Assembly: GCA_964016885.1 (NCBI GenBank)
Contig: OZ024746.1
Location: 95,294,001-95,358,000, forward strand
Length of the DNA stretch: 64,000 nt
Direction of reading: 5' to 3'
Source of the DNA: Eledone cirrhosa
Taxonomy: Eukaryota
The notes under the pieces were generated by a model, which ran no database searches, was not told where the DNA came from, and saw only the letters and a list, made by a program, of their open reading frames with translations. This document shows, piece after piece, positions 1 to 13,870 of this stretch. The translations under genes and the position numbers were made by a program. Positions within the stretch are counted from its first letter, which is position 1. Every line of letters starts with the position of its first letter.

Positions 1-144
1 TCTGAGTTCAAATCCTGCCGAGGTTAACTTTGTCCTTCATCCTTACGGGGATAAAATAAAGTACCAGTAATGTACTGAGTAATTGCTGGCCTTGTGCCAA
101 AAGTAGAAACAATTATTTAACCAACAAGCTACTCACTCACCTTC

Positions 145-153
145 ACACTTCAT

Positions 154-185
<32 letters not shown>

Positions 186-225
186 TTACTATTGTTACTA
201 CTACTACTACTACTACTACTACTAC
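145..225. repeat. (CTA)n microsatellite
   Basis: Direct inspection. Confidence 0.95.
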
Positions 226-549
226 AAATGACTGAATCAATGAGGCAGCAACAAACAAACCCAAAACTCATATTAACCACCATTAAATATAGACCAGTCC
301 TTATCCTACTTTCCTCAGTATTAAAGACAAACAAATACCAGGGATTGTCTGGCCGCTTCCTCTTCCATCTGGTAACTGTCTAGAGTCTAGACCTCAAGTG
401 TACGCAGATCTTGTACTGCTGAGCTCCTTTGCAAGATCAGAATGTCAGCAGCTCATCTGAGGAAGGAGCCCCGTGAGGTGGGTGGTTGTTGCTGCAAGTG
501 TCGCTGGCCAGACCCGACTTCCCACAGGTACAAGCTGAAGCTGAAGCAT

Positions 550-1315
550 ACAGACAATATGCTCCCACCCCCTCCCACTGAAAAGTGGTCATGTAGGCGC
601 CACGGAAAAAAAGCACCCAGCCCACACTGTAAAGTGGTCGTGTAGGCACCACGGAAAAAAAGCACCCAACCCACACTGTAAAGTGGTCGTGTAGGCACCA
701 CGGAAAAAAAGCACCCAGCCCACACTGTAAAGTGGTCGTGTAGGCACCACGGAAAAAAAGCACCCAGCCCACACTGTAAAGTGGTCGTGTAGGCACCACG
801 GAAAAAAAGCACCCAGCCCACACTGTAAAGTGGTCGTGTAGGCACCACGGAAAAAAAGCACCCAGCCCACACTGTAAAGTGGTCGTGTAGGCACCACGGA
901 AAAAAAGCACCCAGCCCACACTGTAAAGTGGTCGTGTAGGCACCACGGAAAAAAAGCACCCAGCCCACACTGTAAAGTGGTCGTGTAGGCACCACGGAAA
1001 AAAAGCACCCAGCCCACACTGTAAAGTGGTCGTGTAGGCACCATGGAAAAAAAGCACCCAGCCCACACTGTAAAGTGGATGTGTAGGCACCATGGAAAAA
1101 AAGCACCCAGCCCACACTGTAAAGTGGATGTGTAGGCACCATGGAAAAAAATCACCCAGCACTCACTGTAAATGAGGTTGGTGTTAGGAAGGGCATCCAG
1201 CTGTAGAAATAAAGCCAAAATCAGTTCCCGTATGAGCAAGACAAGGTCACCCAACAACCTGTCTAACCCATGCTAGCGTGGAAGAATGGACATAAAACGG
1301 TGATGATGATGATGA
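550..1315 (+). mobile_element. Short retroposon with ggaagggcatccagc core and RTE-like (GAT)n tail, internally expanded by a 49-bp array. Family copies at 6780-7440, 24230-24790, 29035-29245, 54875-55118, 58910-59120, 59545-59705
   Basis: Shared ggttggtgttaggaagggcatccagc and acccatgctagcgtggaa...gacgttaaacgatgatg 3' end. Confidence 0.75.
578..1170. repeat. 49-bp tandem repeat, about 12 copies
   Basis: Unit aaagtggtcgtgtaggcaccacggaaaaaaagcacccagcccacactgt; explains the repetitive ORFs at 437-1257. Confidence 0.95.
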
Positions 1316-2914
1316 GTTTTGCCTGCAGAATGCAGCCCCAATACTGCTGAACCCTACGCCCAGAGCCCATCAATCTCTCCCCTTCCCCCTCCTTTTCTTC
1401 TGTGACCCTAGAGTCCTTGCTTTTCTCGTGGTCATAGAGTCTGTGCTGTTTCCCTCCTTTTCCTCTATTTATGGCATTTATAGTCCTTTCCTCTACTTTC
1501 CCTTACAGCCGGATCTGCCCTTCTTTACTCTGTCCCCATTTTCTCATAACTTAAAGTAAGGAGTGCGGATTGCGTACGGTTTATAATTTTTTATCCTGTT
1601 AGTAAAATAATTTGGATTACTTGGAATAAATAATGAATGAATATTACATAAATTATCTACTAAATTTCGTTATTCTTGATTAAATATAAATAATATTGTT
1701 GCTTATTTAAAGATTCATTTCTTTAAAATTTTCAAATGTCAACACTTCCGGTTACCGATCGCTTAAATAAACATTCATATATTTCCGTCACTAATTTTCT
1801 CCTAATGCAGTTTATATATAATATCGTCTTCTTTAATGTATCATGGATTACGTTACTGATTACATAAGACAGTGTAACATAGTCTTCGTTCAATTTCTGT
1901 GTATATTGTCAATTACGATTTTATTTGATGTATCATATCTACATGTATATATACTTGCGTATAATATCAATATACACACTACACATGCTAGCAGAAATCT
2001 ACCCGAACGGTGGTTTTTCTGCTAGTTTGTGTAATTATCAATGGTTTTTAAGCCAACTTTGTGAATATTTGTAATGTTATTTATACAACTGTGAATAATT
2101 GTTTCTACTTTAGGCACAAGGCCAGCAATTTTGGGGATAGTCGATTAAATTGAACTCCAGTGCATTACTGGTACTTTATTTTATCGACCCCATAAGGATG
2201 AAAGGCAAAGCTAACCTCGGGGGGATTTGAACTCAGAACGTAAAAGGCCGTAATTCTATCCTGCAAAGCATGTTGTCCGGCGCTCTACCGATTCTGCCAA
2301 TCCACCGCCCTACAACTGTGAATAATGGTTTCTTATATAGGCACAAAGCCAGCAATTTTGGGGGAGGGCAAAGTCGATTAAATTGACTCCAGTGCGTGAC
2401 TGGTACTTTATTTTATCGACCCCGTAAGGATGACAGGGACGTAACGTTATGCTGCAAAGCATGGCGTCCGACCCTCTACCGATACTGCCAATCCACCGCC
2501 CTTACAACTGTGAGTAATAAAAGATATTTATACCTTTAGTGACTAAGAGTTCAAGACTATTCTCTGAACAGGACATCACTCCATCACGGGGTTAATTCCT
2601 GTTGGTATTGCATTTTCAGCAGAGTATGCTGGAGCAACGTGAAATAAAGTCCTTTGCTCAAGAGTACAATGCATCAACCAGTCCAGGAATAGGACCTACG
2701 ACATTAAGATCTTGTCCAACACCCTCACCAATAAACCACAGGCCCTCACACACAAACGTGTATTTATATATACGTGTATGTCAGTATTTATGTTCAGTAA
2801 CTTCGCAGAAAAAAATATTCACACCCACATATACATATAAAGAATTTTCCATATTCAAAATACTTTTTTAGTTTCCAAAATAATATTTTTTACTCAAGTC
2901 TTATTTTTTCCCCT

Positions 2915-3085
2915 GATATTCGATGACATCACATTTGTTTGATAAGGAAGTAACTTGTTGACAACTGTGACCCAGATATTCCACAGTGTTATTTAGAGAA
3001 AACCCGAAACGGATGTGAACAGAAAGGAGGGCGCTGACTGAAGTTAAATAGAAAACTCGTTTTATTTTAAATCTGTTACACAGTC
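2915..3085 (+). promoter_or_regulatory. Putative MyD88 proximal promoter/5'UTR
   Basis: Non-repetitive stretch directly upstream of the ATG, with TGACATCA (CRE/AP-1-like), AGGAAGT (ETS-like) and GAAAACCCGAAAC (imperfect IRF-like). These are motif matches only; the TSS cannot be determined. Confidence 0.3.
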
Positions 3086-3446
3086 ATGGCTACTGAACAT
3101 AGTGAGGCCTCGAAAAAAATATTCAACTGGACTGAAGCTCAATGTAATTATCCATTTCAAAGCGTCTTACGTGTGTCCTCTAGGAAACAACTTGCCAGAC
3201 ATCTAAACATAAAATGTGAAACTCTTTGCAATAACGGACAATGTCCTGACTTTCGTGGTTTAGCAGAAATGGTTGGCTTCGATTATCTTGATGTTAAACA
3301 GTTTGAAACGAATGCTGACCCAATTGCAATTTTGTTGGACTCGTGGAATTCTTCTTTCCATAAAACTGCCACGATGGGAAACTTGTGTTATTTTTTAGAC
3401 TATTTAGGACGCGCTGACTGTCTTTGCGACTGTCAGAAATGTTTTC
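3086..3446 (+). CDS. MyD88: MyD88 exon 1 (death domain)
   Basis: ATG at 3086. DFRGLAEMVGFDYLDVKQFETNADPIAILLDSW...ATMGNLCYFLDYLGRAD resembles the MyD88 death domain (human, from memory: [33 protein letters not shown]). Donor C|GTAAGT at 3447, phase 1. Confidence 0.93.
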
Positions 3447-4405
3447 GTAAGTTTAATAAGATATTTATATCTCTCTCTCTCTCTTTTATTTTTGTTATGG
3501 TGTTGGCTTGTCTCAAAAATTACTCAAGGGACACTCCATCTCATCTTGTGACGTGTCTTCTATCACTTTGTTCTGTCTGTTTTTTTAAATATATACGGTA
3601 TTTATGTGTATGCATTCTACCAAATATTAACACATGGAAAACTAACAACACGTTTTAAAAGTGTATGCTATGGGTAGATAGAATATTTAATCAAATGTAT
3701 TAATTATTTACTTTTGGGTTGAAATCCTAACTGGGATGAATTTTATTTTTTAATTCGCTGACTTTCAATATAAATTATTAGGTATGTGGTCCTATATATA
3801 AATAAGATCGTTAATTTATATATAATAAATAATATATACTATATATAAATAAATATTATATATCTTTTATTTTTTTTATTTTACAATATTTATATATAGC
3901 ATGTATCATTTGAAATTGAATATACTTTTACATCATTTCTACCGTTCCCTTAGGATCTAGCGCCTAAGTCTCTGATAAAATTCAAATAACAGTTAAGTAA
4001 CGTACTCTATATTCCTATAATTGTTTCTACTTTTGGCACAAGGCCAGCAAATACCCAGTGCATTACTGGTACTTTATTTTATCGACCCCGTAAGGATGAA
4101 AGGCAAAGTTAACCTCGGCGCGATTTGAACTCAGAATGCCAAGGGCCGTAACTCTATGCGTCAAAGCATTGCGGCCGACTCTACTAATACTGCCAAACCA
4201 CCGGATTATAAGAATAGTTGTTTCTACTTTTGGCACAAGGCCAGCAATTATACCAGGGTATTACTGGTATAATAATTAAAAATACACTAGCTGGATATGT
4301 CGGGCTTCGAACTCAGTATGTACAAATATAAAACTAAAGCCTATAATGTTTTTGCTTATCTTCTTCACGGCCATAATACAGGGTGTGTCATAAGTTACAG
4401 GAGGG

Positions 4406-4660
4406 GGCATACGTCAAAACGGCCGGTCTCAAAAGTGACGTGTATATATTATAGTGTGTATGTGTGCATATATAAGTGTATATGTGTGTGTACTTTTACA
4501 TTCGTTTACACACATATATACACACACACATGACTGACTTCATATCATGCTCTTATTTGCTCCTTTATTTTATATATATAAATTTAAATAACTCTTATAA
4601 CGTGTACGTAACTGTCAAAAATTAGTTTCACTTTTGAGACCGGCCGTTTTGACGTATGCC
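4406..4660. mobile_element. MITE-like element with 33-bp perfect terminal inverted repeats
   Basis: ggcatacgtcaaaacggccggtctcaaaagtga (4406..4438) and its reverse complement (4628..4660). No clear TSD. Confidence 0.6.
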
Positions 4661-5204
4661 TATTGAAACCCCCTTTGTGACTTTTGGTTCACTCTATAGT
4701 TGTGACATGGCCTCCGCCTCCAACTTAGTCGCTTCGGCCACAAACCCCGGTACTGTTGCCTGCCATGCAGAGAACAGGAAGACAAGTAAACACTGTTAGC
4801 CGTCGAGACCTCAGAAGTCATCAAACCCCTTTCTGTCGAACTCCTCTTCAAAATCCGAATGTCAGAGCCGGTCTGAGGAAGGAGCCCTACGAGGTGGGGT
4901 GGCTGTTGTAGCGGGTGTCGCTGGCCACTGTCCACAGAACCTTTGAAGTTTTGTTTGCGGGGCACACGGAAACACACTACCCCTAGGCATAGAGCCCATC
5001 ACCCTCTTCCCTTCTTCCGTGGCTCAAGAGTCCTTGTTTTTTTCCCTCCTTTTGTTTAATTATTTACTAGCTGAGGTACACGGGAGAACAGTTAAAAGAA
5101 GACGGATAAAAGAGAAAACGACTGTATTGGATGTGTTGTCAGGTATGAGGTGAGACTGTAATGTGCGTGTGTGTGTGAAAGAGAGAGACATAAAAAAAAA
5201 ACAA

Positions 5205-5410
5205 TCATAAAACTTCCATATTAGACTGGGGTAGTAAACTGCCGATTAAATGGTAGCTTTGGCCTTCGATTTTAAATATGAAATAACCATAGTCAGTATG
5301 ATCTTTTTCAGTTCCAATGGGCGTCATCTGAAACACAGCAATATACCACATAACATTGATTCTGAACTGTTTAGATTCGTTAGTAGGTTTGTAAGTAGTA
5401 TAGGGATAAA
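5205..5410 (-). mobile_element. Helitron Rep/Helicase N-terminal fragment
   Basis: FRINV.WY..VFQMT..G...FIFKIEGQSYHLIGSLLP resembles the Helitron NIRxYNxxFQMTSFG...FKxQGQVYHxIGSLLP motif. Confidence 0.7.
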
Positions 5411-5730
5411 AGCTGGAGGGTAGATTAATTTCAAATAGTATCAATTTTTCTTTGTTCTGTAAAATGAAAGACTGTAAAACGAATTTATAAAAGCTAACGC
5501 AATATTGTTAAACCTTCCTATAGATCAAAGGATCTATTGTTTAAGCCGTTTCTTGACTTTCGTGGGACATTACTCTTTCTCTCTGTGAATATCTAACACT
5601 TTAATTGTATCTCTCTCTGTATAACGGCCTATTTCTCTCTTTCTGCCTCTCCGTCTCTATCTCTCTCTTTAGATGTGTGTAGTTTTCGTGTAATTCAACC
5701 AACCAATAATCATCTCTCATTTATATTATA

Positions 5731-6772
5731 TACTAGCAGAGGTACCCGGTGTTGCTCGGATATTAAATAGCAATTGTGTATACCATTTATGTCAATACGT
5801 CAGTGCTGCTTCGAAAACTATACTTTTACAAAATCATCGGCTTTTTCCAAAAGGGGGTTCCTGCCCCCAGGGGTCCCCTACTCAATATGTGCCAATTCTG
5901 AGAGTTCACATTCATCTGTAGGACAAACGTAGCCCATGTGTCAAGTTTTGTGAAAATCGGTTGCGAACTCCAGAAGTTATGACGTTTAGTTGCACTGCAG
6001 TTCTTCAGTCGACTCCAAGGAAGTGGTTAAAGGGGTTATCTGCCGGGGGACATATAATCAATATCTGGAAAAATGACAGTGCCCATGACCATCCGGAGTA
6101 CATAAGTAACCTATGTCTTAAGTTTGGTGAAAATACTGTAGAAATGCATAAGGTTTATACACGCGCGCGCTCGTGTGTGTGTGTGTGTATTTGTGTGTGC
6201 GTATGTATGTGTATGTCCGTCGGGGCATACGTATGTACTGGCCTAAATTTTCACTATTTACTTTTACTATTTTAATAAACTCTGTCATTTTCGTTTTCAA
6301 TTTTATTTACATCCTACTTAAACTCTGGGGCTGGAAATCATTGTTATTTTAAATAGAATATTAGTCTAACGACTCCATTTATACCATAAACTTGGTCTTG
6401 TCTTTGCATGAAATTGTTCTTCACGTTCCACATAACTACGTATTATGCTCGCTTTTTTCCTGTTCATTGCCAGGGAACGTCTTCACGAACCAAAATATTG
6501 TCTTCCTGTTTTCGTTCGGTTGCAACGTTTCTCGAAATAATTACTTCTGCGTTCACAGATTACTCTCAGTTCAATTTGAATGGGAAATTCCTGTTTCATC
6601 GATTTTCTCCGTAACCATGGAAGATTGTAGCTTGAAAGTCGACCCAACGCTTCCTCGGGTCATTCGGCATAACTGTGTAAATTTTCGCTGCATTCCACCA
6701 AGCCGTTTCGACGTTTATCCGACTACACCTACATATACAACGTCCGACCACTTCCAATTTATATAGTAGATT
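5731..6772 (+). mobile_element. Non-autonomous Helitron/Helentron-like element (related copy about 14665..15418 on -)
   Basis: Terminus tactagcagaggtacccggtgttgctcgg with a subterminal hairpin, an internal microsatellite and a tatagtagat end. A similar terminus appears inverted at about 15385..15418. Confidence 0.5.
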
Positions 6773-9700
6773 TGTTTATATCATCATCATCATCATCATC
6801 ATCATCGTTTAACGTCCATGTTCCACGCTTGCATGGGTTTGGACGGGGGTTTTCCCACTTGAGGCAAGAGTGGTTGTCTTGCTCGCATAGGACTGTCTGG
6901 CGGGTTTTCTACAGCTGGATGCCCTTCCTAACACCAACCACATTTACAGTGTGGGGCTGGGAGGTTTTTACTGTGTTGCCTACACGGCCACATTACAGCG
7001 TGGACTGTCTGGCGTGTTTTCTACAGCTGAATGCCCTTCCTAACACCAACCACATTTACAGTGTGGGACTAGGAGGTTTTTACTGTGTTGCCTACACGGC
7101 CACATTACAGCGTGGACTGTGTGTTTTTTGTCGTGACACCTACACGATCTCATTTGTTTCGGCCTGGATGTTGTGGCACCAACATAACTTTGCATTGAAA
7201 GGGGCGGTGTGGATGGGGTGGGGGTGGTGGGACGGGGGTGTATTTTGTTAGAGATGCCTACTGACTGTAGTAGGTTTTACTTTGTATTTAGGTAAGGCGG
7301 GTCTTCTCTGTTACTGATTACCGCCAAAGGTCTCGGTCCAGTGACATTGTCTTGGAGAGGTGTAAGTGTGTGAGGTCGGAATTTATCAGCTCGTCCCAGG
7401 TTTTCTGGGTCTGCCTACTTTATATATGAATGACAAAAAGAAAAGTACAAAACTATACATGAATTGTTTCTACTAAACCTTCAATTTAAGACACAACCTA
7501 CATGTTTGATAGGACTCCAGCTCACTTCTTCTTCTTCTTCTTTTGCTCCCCCTGGAACATTAGGCTGCGAGCCACCCCCACACAACGCCATGTTCTGAGT
7601 CTGCTTTTCAACTCCACCGTGATGCACGGTGCGTCATGGTGTATCTAACCATTTTTTTAGGTCTTACTACGGCTGATTTCTTCCAGAGAGAAAGAAAGAG
7701 ATGGAAAAAGGCAGAGAAGATTCATCCCCGGAGGAATAATAAAAAATGTTTACACTGCACATTTCATTTTTTCAAAGCTATAAAATCAGTAATTCAACTC
7801 CCTGAAAACTTTCAAATATATGCTGTTCTAGCATGAATATTATGCTAAGGATAAGCTGTCCACAAAGTAAGATTTACTTGCATATCCCCGCTCATATAAA
7901 CACATAAATACATGCATACATACATTACAGTTGATTTTTTTTTTTATTAAAGCGTTTTCATATTATATATATATATAGTGACGAAACACAAGTCAATTGC
8001 ATGAACTCATAATCCTTTATTTACTGCTTTATTTGTATGAAATTGTAAATAAGACAAAAGTATTAGAACAGGGGGAAATAACTCACCGAATGCGAGAGTT
8101 TTGGGGCCCCAGGGACTACATTTTTCAAGTTAGAGATTTGAAACCTAGTCTATTTGCTTCCTTGGCACTTTTTACATAGGTGTGCAGATTTATGTAGTTA
8201 AAGAAGACAAAGCAGATCGAATAGATTATGTACGTTATCAGTAGCGATTTTAGGACAAATGAGGCCTTGTGCTAGTTAAGTTATGAGGCCCCAAATATTT
8301 GAAAAATTTGTAAAAAATTTCTTGGCAGCAAGATGCCCCCCTGGCCAACGGGGCCCTGTGGTTAAGCACACATAAGCACAATAGTAAATCTGGCACTGGA
8401 TGTTACATGGATTAGAGCAGAACAAGATAGAAAGAATTAGGACTGAGAATGACCTAGTTATCTATATTTCTTGCACTCTGCCGCTTTAATCCTTTAGCTG
8501 GCAGTATCGGTAGAGGGTATGACGCATGCTTTCCAGCAAAGAGTTACAGCCTTTTATGGTCTGAGTTCAAATCCCGCCGAGGTTAACTTTGCCTTTCATC
8601 CTTACGGGGTTGATAAAATAAAGTACCAGTAATGTATTGGGTAATTGCTGGCCTTGTGCCAAAAGTAGAAACAATTATCCTATTGTATTTTCACGGTAAA
8701 CACTTTATCTCACATAATGTCGAAACTACGAGATTTCGATATTTATTTTGAGACCAATACCTTAATATAAGTATGAGCAGCCAGTTACAGCCAGTTTGAA
8801 CAGAGAGAGGTGACAGAATTCTGGCCGGATACAGCTAGTTTATATGCTAAAGGGTTAATAATTATAACAGTGGTTTCTGATTTTAGGTACAATGCCAGCA
8901 GTTTCGGGGAAATGGAAAGTCAATTACATCCGTAGAAATGTCTTTGCAGTTTTGTCCGTGGAATGCTGCCAAAACACCGTCCTGCCCCAGGCATAGAGCC
9001 TATCACCCTCTCCCTCCCTTCCGTGGCCTCATAGTCCTTGCTCTTTCCCTCCCTTTCCTCTCATTTATGGCATTTATAGCCCTTTCTCCTACTTTCCTAT
9101 ACACTCAGATCTGCCCTTCTTTACTCATTCCACCCTCTGTTCGTTGTTTGGTTTCATTTTTATCCTTTTTCTTTCATATTTCCATCAATATTTGTAATGT
9201 TATTTATACATCTGTGTATTGATTTATTGTCTGTAATTCTATTAAATTATATGTTTTTACTGATCAATTACTTGATTGATAATTTATTTTATTGAACCTG
9301 GAAAGTTAAAAGGCAAAGTTGATCTCAGTAAGATTTCAACTCAGGATGTAACGAACTAACTAAATACTGTAAAACATCCTATTTTCACTACACACCTCAT
9401 AAGGTAGAAAGAGTCCTTCAGTCGAATCTATGAGTGACAACGTCTCTAGTGCATCCCGTACACTCTGTAAGGTGGTTGTTGATAGAAAGGGCTTTTAACT
9501 GTAGGAACCATGTCAGAGTTGTGAGGACTCTTCAGTTGTGTCAAGGGCAGAGGCATAATTAAAGTATGGCAAGCATGGTATGTGCCTTGGTTGCCACATG
9601 AAGGGGGCGCCACTTGGACTAGGAACATGTTCTATTAAAGTCAAATAAGCCTCGTTGGAGAGTGAAAAAAGAAACTCCTTCAGATGTATGATCTATCTCT

Positions 9701-12700
9701 ATCATGGGTGAGAACACTATGGTGGCTGGATCTTTAAACCAATTATATAAATTATTAGGCCTAAGGTAAAAATACTGTGCTGGGCAGGGGTGCAATTTCA
9801 CTGTTTACCATAGGTGCTATTTTCCCTAGTTATGCCTCTGGTCAAGGGCATAACAACCTCTCTAGTCTTGATAATCTACACAATAAACACATCCAGTGTA
9901 CTCTGTAAAGTGGTTGGTGATAGAAAGAGCATCCAACCATAGAAAACGTACTAAACAAAGGGTTGGGTGAACTCTTCAGCTGTATGAACCTCTTTAGTGC
10001 TGGAGTCATGATGAAATGTGCACGCTATAAGTGTGGGAACTTATGCAAGTGAGATGTGGGTACCTGGTCTGTGTGAATTGTCAGTAGCTTGGCTTGAATA
10101 TTGACTTGGTCTGTAACAACTCGTTCAACTCTTCCTAGCATGAATGTTAAATGATGATGATCATCATCATTAAAAAGTTAATTAAAAATAATTTTGTCAT
10201 GTGAGAAAGATAATATCTTTCTCACATGACAAAATAGCTGAGACATGAGAGAGTTGCTCCAGGTATAGCCACTACTACTTCAAATTGAGAGATTACAGCT
10301 CTGATATTATAGGCATGTGTCAGGAAAGAATCACGGGACTGATTTTATGGGCAAAACCAACCGGCAAGTGACTCAGGGGTAGACCCCGAGTAAGATGGTT
10401 GGATAACATCCATGAGCATGGCCAGATCAGTTAGTGATTGTTGCTTCAGACAGGACCCACTGGAAGGAGTGTTTGAGGATTCTACTCCTACGACCTTCTC
10501 GGGAATAAGTGGGGAAAGAAGATCAAACATGGAAATTTTAGAAGTTCTGATAATTTTAATTATACCAACACATATGTGACATAACTCTGGTCATGTTTTT
10601 ATCTTATTAGACTTCCTTAGTGAAGCATAGGTTTGATTGTAGTTGTCAAAATAACAATGAGTAAATCAATAAGTACATTATTGTCTACTAATTAGCGTAG
10701 AAAATCCACATATTGATATGGTAAAATGCACTCTGTACACTCTGTAAAGAGTCAGGAGGGCTCTTCAGTAGTATCAAAGACATGACAACCCCCATAGTGG
10801 TGGTGCCATGATAAAATGCACCTGGTGCAGTCTGTAAAGTTCAGGAGTGTATGTAAGTGAACTGTAGACCTAGGTCTGTTTGAGGAGTCAGTGGGTCTGA
10901 TTAAGTACTGACATTGTCTGTGATGATTCATCCAACCCTTGCTAGCATATTAAGTGATGATAGAAGAAGAAATTATTGAAGCGCCATCTGGTGAGAAAAC
11001 ACTCAGTAAGTTTCATCATAAAATACAGGGTGGGACCTAAGTCACGCACCAAAGCAATAAAAACAATTTAGTATACATATACTACATATAGTAGTATACA
11101 TATTTAGTTTACATATACTGAGCAAGATGGTTGGATAACATACATGAGCTTGGCTGGTCTCGGGGATCCAGCTGGATCAGTTGGAGGTGGTTGCTTCTGA
11201 AGGATCAGCTAGAAGGAGTGTTTGAGGACTCTGCCTCCATGACCCTCTCAGGTATAATGAGTGAAGAAGAAGAATATATGTTTATACTACATTGTATTGT
11301 ATTAATAACAAAAATTATATTGAAATAACAAAGATATCATTTACACCATCCTATCATCTGATTTTAAGGAACTGATTGAGTTCCAATGGTTGACATTTTA
11401 CACGACAGCTCTCGCTTGATCATTTCTCTACCTCTGTTTTGTGTAGAGAAATAGAAGTGATCCACGGCATAAAAAGAAGATTGTAATTAAATTCACCCTG
11501 TAGCATTTAAGGGTCTTTGGAGTAATGTTACTCGATAGAGTGTGTAGCTTGGAGATCAGAGAATCACTCCTGGTAGAGCTGCTACTTCTCTGAGTTGAGA
11601 GATCACAGCTCCGACACTCTGGGCATGACTTAGGAAAGAATCACTGGCCAGGGCCAGCCAGCAGGAGACCCAGGGGTAGACCCCAAGCAAGATGGTTGGA
11701 TAACATCCATGAGCTTGGCTGGTCTCGCTTGGGGATCCAGCCAGATCAGTTGGAGATGGTTGCTTCTGACAGGACTCACTGGAAGGAGTGTTTGAGGACT
11801 CTGCCACCACGACCCTCTCAGGAATAAGTGAGAAAAGAAGAATAAATGTTTATTTTTTTGTCAGAAGCCAAGTGGCCCATTAATATGGCTCTTGTCTCAG
11901 TTTTATTGGCGTTAACTCTTAACATCCTGTAATGATTTAGCAGAAAATATTTTAAAATATATTAATTCAAATGTTTAGTGTATTTTTAGTAGTGGATAAT
12001 TTGTTGTGAAAATTTGCAGTATTAGAATAAAAACTTAAATTTTAAATGTGATGCAAACATAGTGCTGTCTTGTTTACTTTTCAAGAATGTTTTGCTAGTG
12101 TGGTTTCATGTGGATCAGGGAGTTTAACACCACCCTGCTCTTGGATGGGATGCCAGTCTCTTGCAGGGTTAATTCCCCAACTGCTACTGCCGGTTTTAGT
12201 TCTTTTTCTTTTCTAGTTGAGTCGACTGGGTCAACGTGAAATAAAGTTTCTTGCTCAAGGACACACTGCACTACTTGGTCTGGGAATTGAACTCACAAGC
12301 TTATTATTTCAAGCCCAACACTCTAACTACTAGGCCATGCATTTTCACTATTCAGTATATTTACACTTGAGTGACTGGGTAATATCTTCTACATATATCA
12401 TCATCATCATTATCATCATTTTACTGTTTTCATTGCTGACATGAATTTAGTTCTTTCAAAATCCTATTTGATTTTCTTTCAAAGTGCATCTATGGTTTAC
12501 AAATGCCTTGTAGTTTACATTAGAATATTCTCAAAGCGGATGTTTAGACACACTCACACATGCTTATGTGCATTAATGAATATATATTTTACTATAATAT
12601 CGCTATTTAGATATAGATGTACATATATCTATTTGGTCTCACGACCAACGAACTGTGTAGATGTGTTTTCTTGGGGCTCTGCTAGAGTCAACAGCAACAC

Positions 12701-13299
12701 ACACAACCATGTATTTAGTTCTTATTTAGAGATACTACCTTCCTAAACAGGCTGAGAAACTATGTCTAGCTCATCATTCCATTTAGGCATGATTTCTATT
12801 GTTGGTAACCTTCCTTAACTATGTACCAGGTGTTTTTTGTTATGTCACCAGCACTAGATAGGTTATGTCCTCGGAAAGACTAAAGAATCTTCTCTATTCT
12901 ATGTTGTCTCCAATCACCCAACCACTTTACAAAGTGTATTTAACCCTTTAGTATTTACATTACTCTATATTTACTATTGTATTTTTGTGGTAAAAGCTTT
13001 ATCTTACATAATTATCTCACATAATATCGAATCTATGAGATTTGGATGTTATTTATTTTGAGAACAATGCCTTAACATCAGTATGAGGAGCTGGTCATAG
13101 CAGTTTGAACAGAAAGAGGTGAGAGAATTCTGGCCAGATACAGCCAGTTTAAATGCTAAAGGGTTTATCAAAATCAGAGCTTGCTTTTGTTATATTTCTT
13201 TCTTTTCCTTTTGAAAATGTATACCAAATATACATGTTTATTTTCAATATAGAAATAATAAAAAAGAAGGAATAGGGAAATATATTTAAAAAAAAAGAG

Positions 13300-13870
13300 G
13301 AGAGAATGAAAGAAGAAAAATTGGGAAGGAGAGGGGATGGCAAGAGCTCTGGTGTCACAGAAGAGAGGGGAGGGTGAAGGGGGAGAGTGATTGGGCTTCA
13401 AGCCTAGGGGCAAAGGGGCAGAAGTGCTGTGTCCCACTGACAAAATGGCAAAAGTATTCCCCTGGACGATGGCCAGTGACACCCGCTGCAACAGCCACCC
13501 AACCTCGTGGGGCTCCCTCCTCAGACGGGTTGCTGACACTCCAATCTTGCGGAAGAGCTCGGCAGTACGGGGTCCAAGTATGCCCGGGGTCTCAACGGCG
13601 ACCGGTTTGAAGAGGAAGCAGCCGGATAAACACTGGTATTTGTTTATTTTATGTTCTTCTGCAAGGCGGGTTGCGATGCCAGGGTTTATGGCCGAAGCAA
13701 CTAAGCTGGAGGTGGAGAATGTGTCACAGCAGATGGCATCCCAGATGAGGGATCTACCACCTTCGAATGGGAAGAGGGTGATTCCGTCGGGGCACTTCTC
13801 ATCTCTGCGGTCTAGACCTGCTGGCTCCAGTTGAGATGGAGAGCCAGCTGCGTCCAGGCTTGCTTTGTCT
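13300..13870 (-). mobile_element. CRE-like non-LTR retrotransposon 3' end (restriction-like endonuclease). Other fragments at about 325-520, 4720-5050, 8940-9140, 14300-14400, 17150-17350, 23480-23860, 24900-25240, 28080-28230, 50965-51070
   Basis: EPAGL...PDGITLFPFEGGRSLIWD...AEEHKINKY...FKPVAVETPGILG...LQRVSLAIVQGN, plus a shared pyrimidine-rich 3'UTR. Confidence 0.75.

Noticed and set aside
578-1170. CRISPR-like appearance and long ORFs in three minus frames
   Set aside because: Head-to-tail 49-bp units with no unique spacers, eukaryotic context and no cas genes; the ORFs result from a stop-free repeat unit.
1540-1860. Possible divergent promoter or first exon upstream of MyD88 (ACTTCCGGT ETS motif, CpG-containing patch)
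   Set aside because: Short motifs only; no exon or ORF can be supported from the sequence.
3447-3658. C-terminal hydrophobic part of the 190-aa ORF, suggesting a membrane-anchored death-domain protein
   Set aside because: It lies past a consensus GTAAGT donor and includes a (CT)n tract, so it is intron read-through. It would matter only if intron retention were shown.
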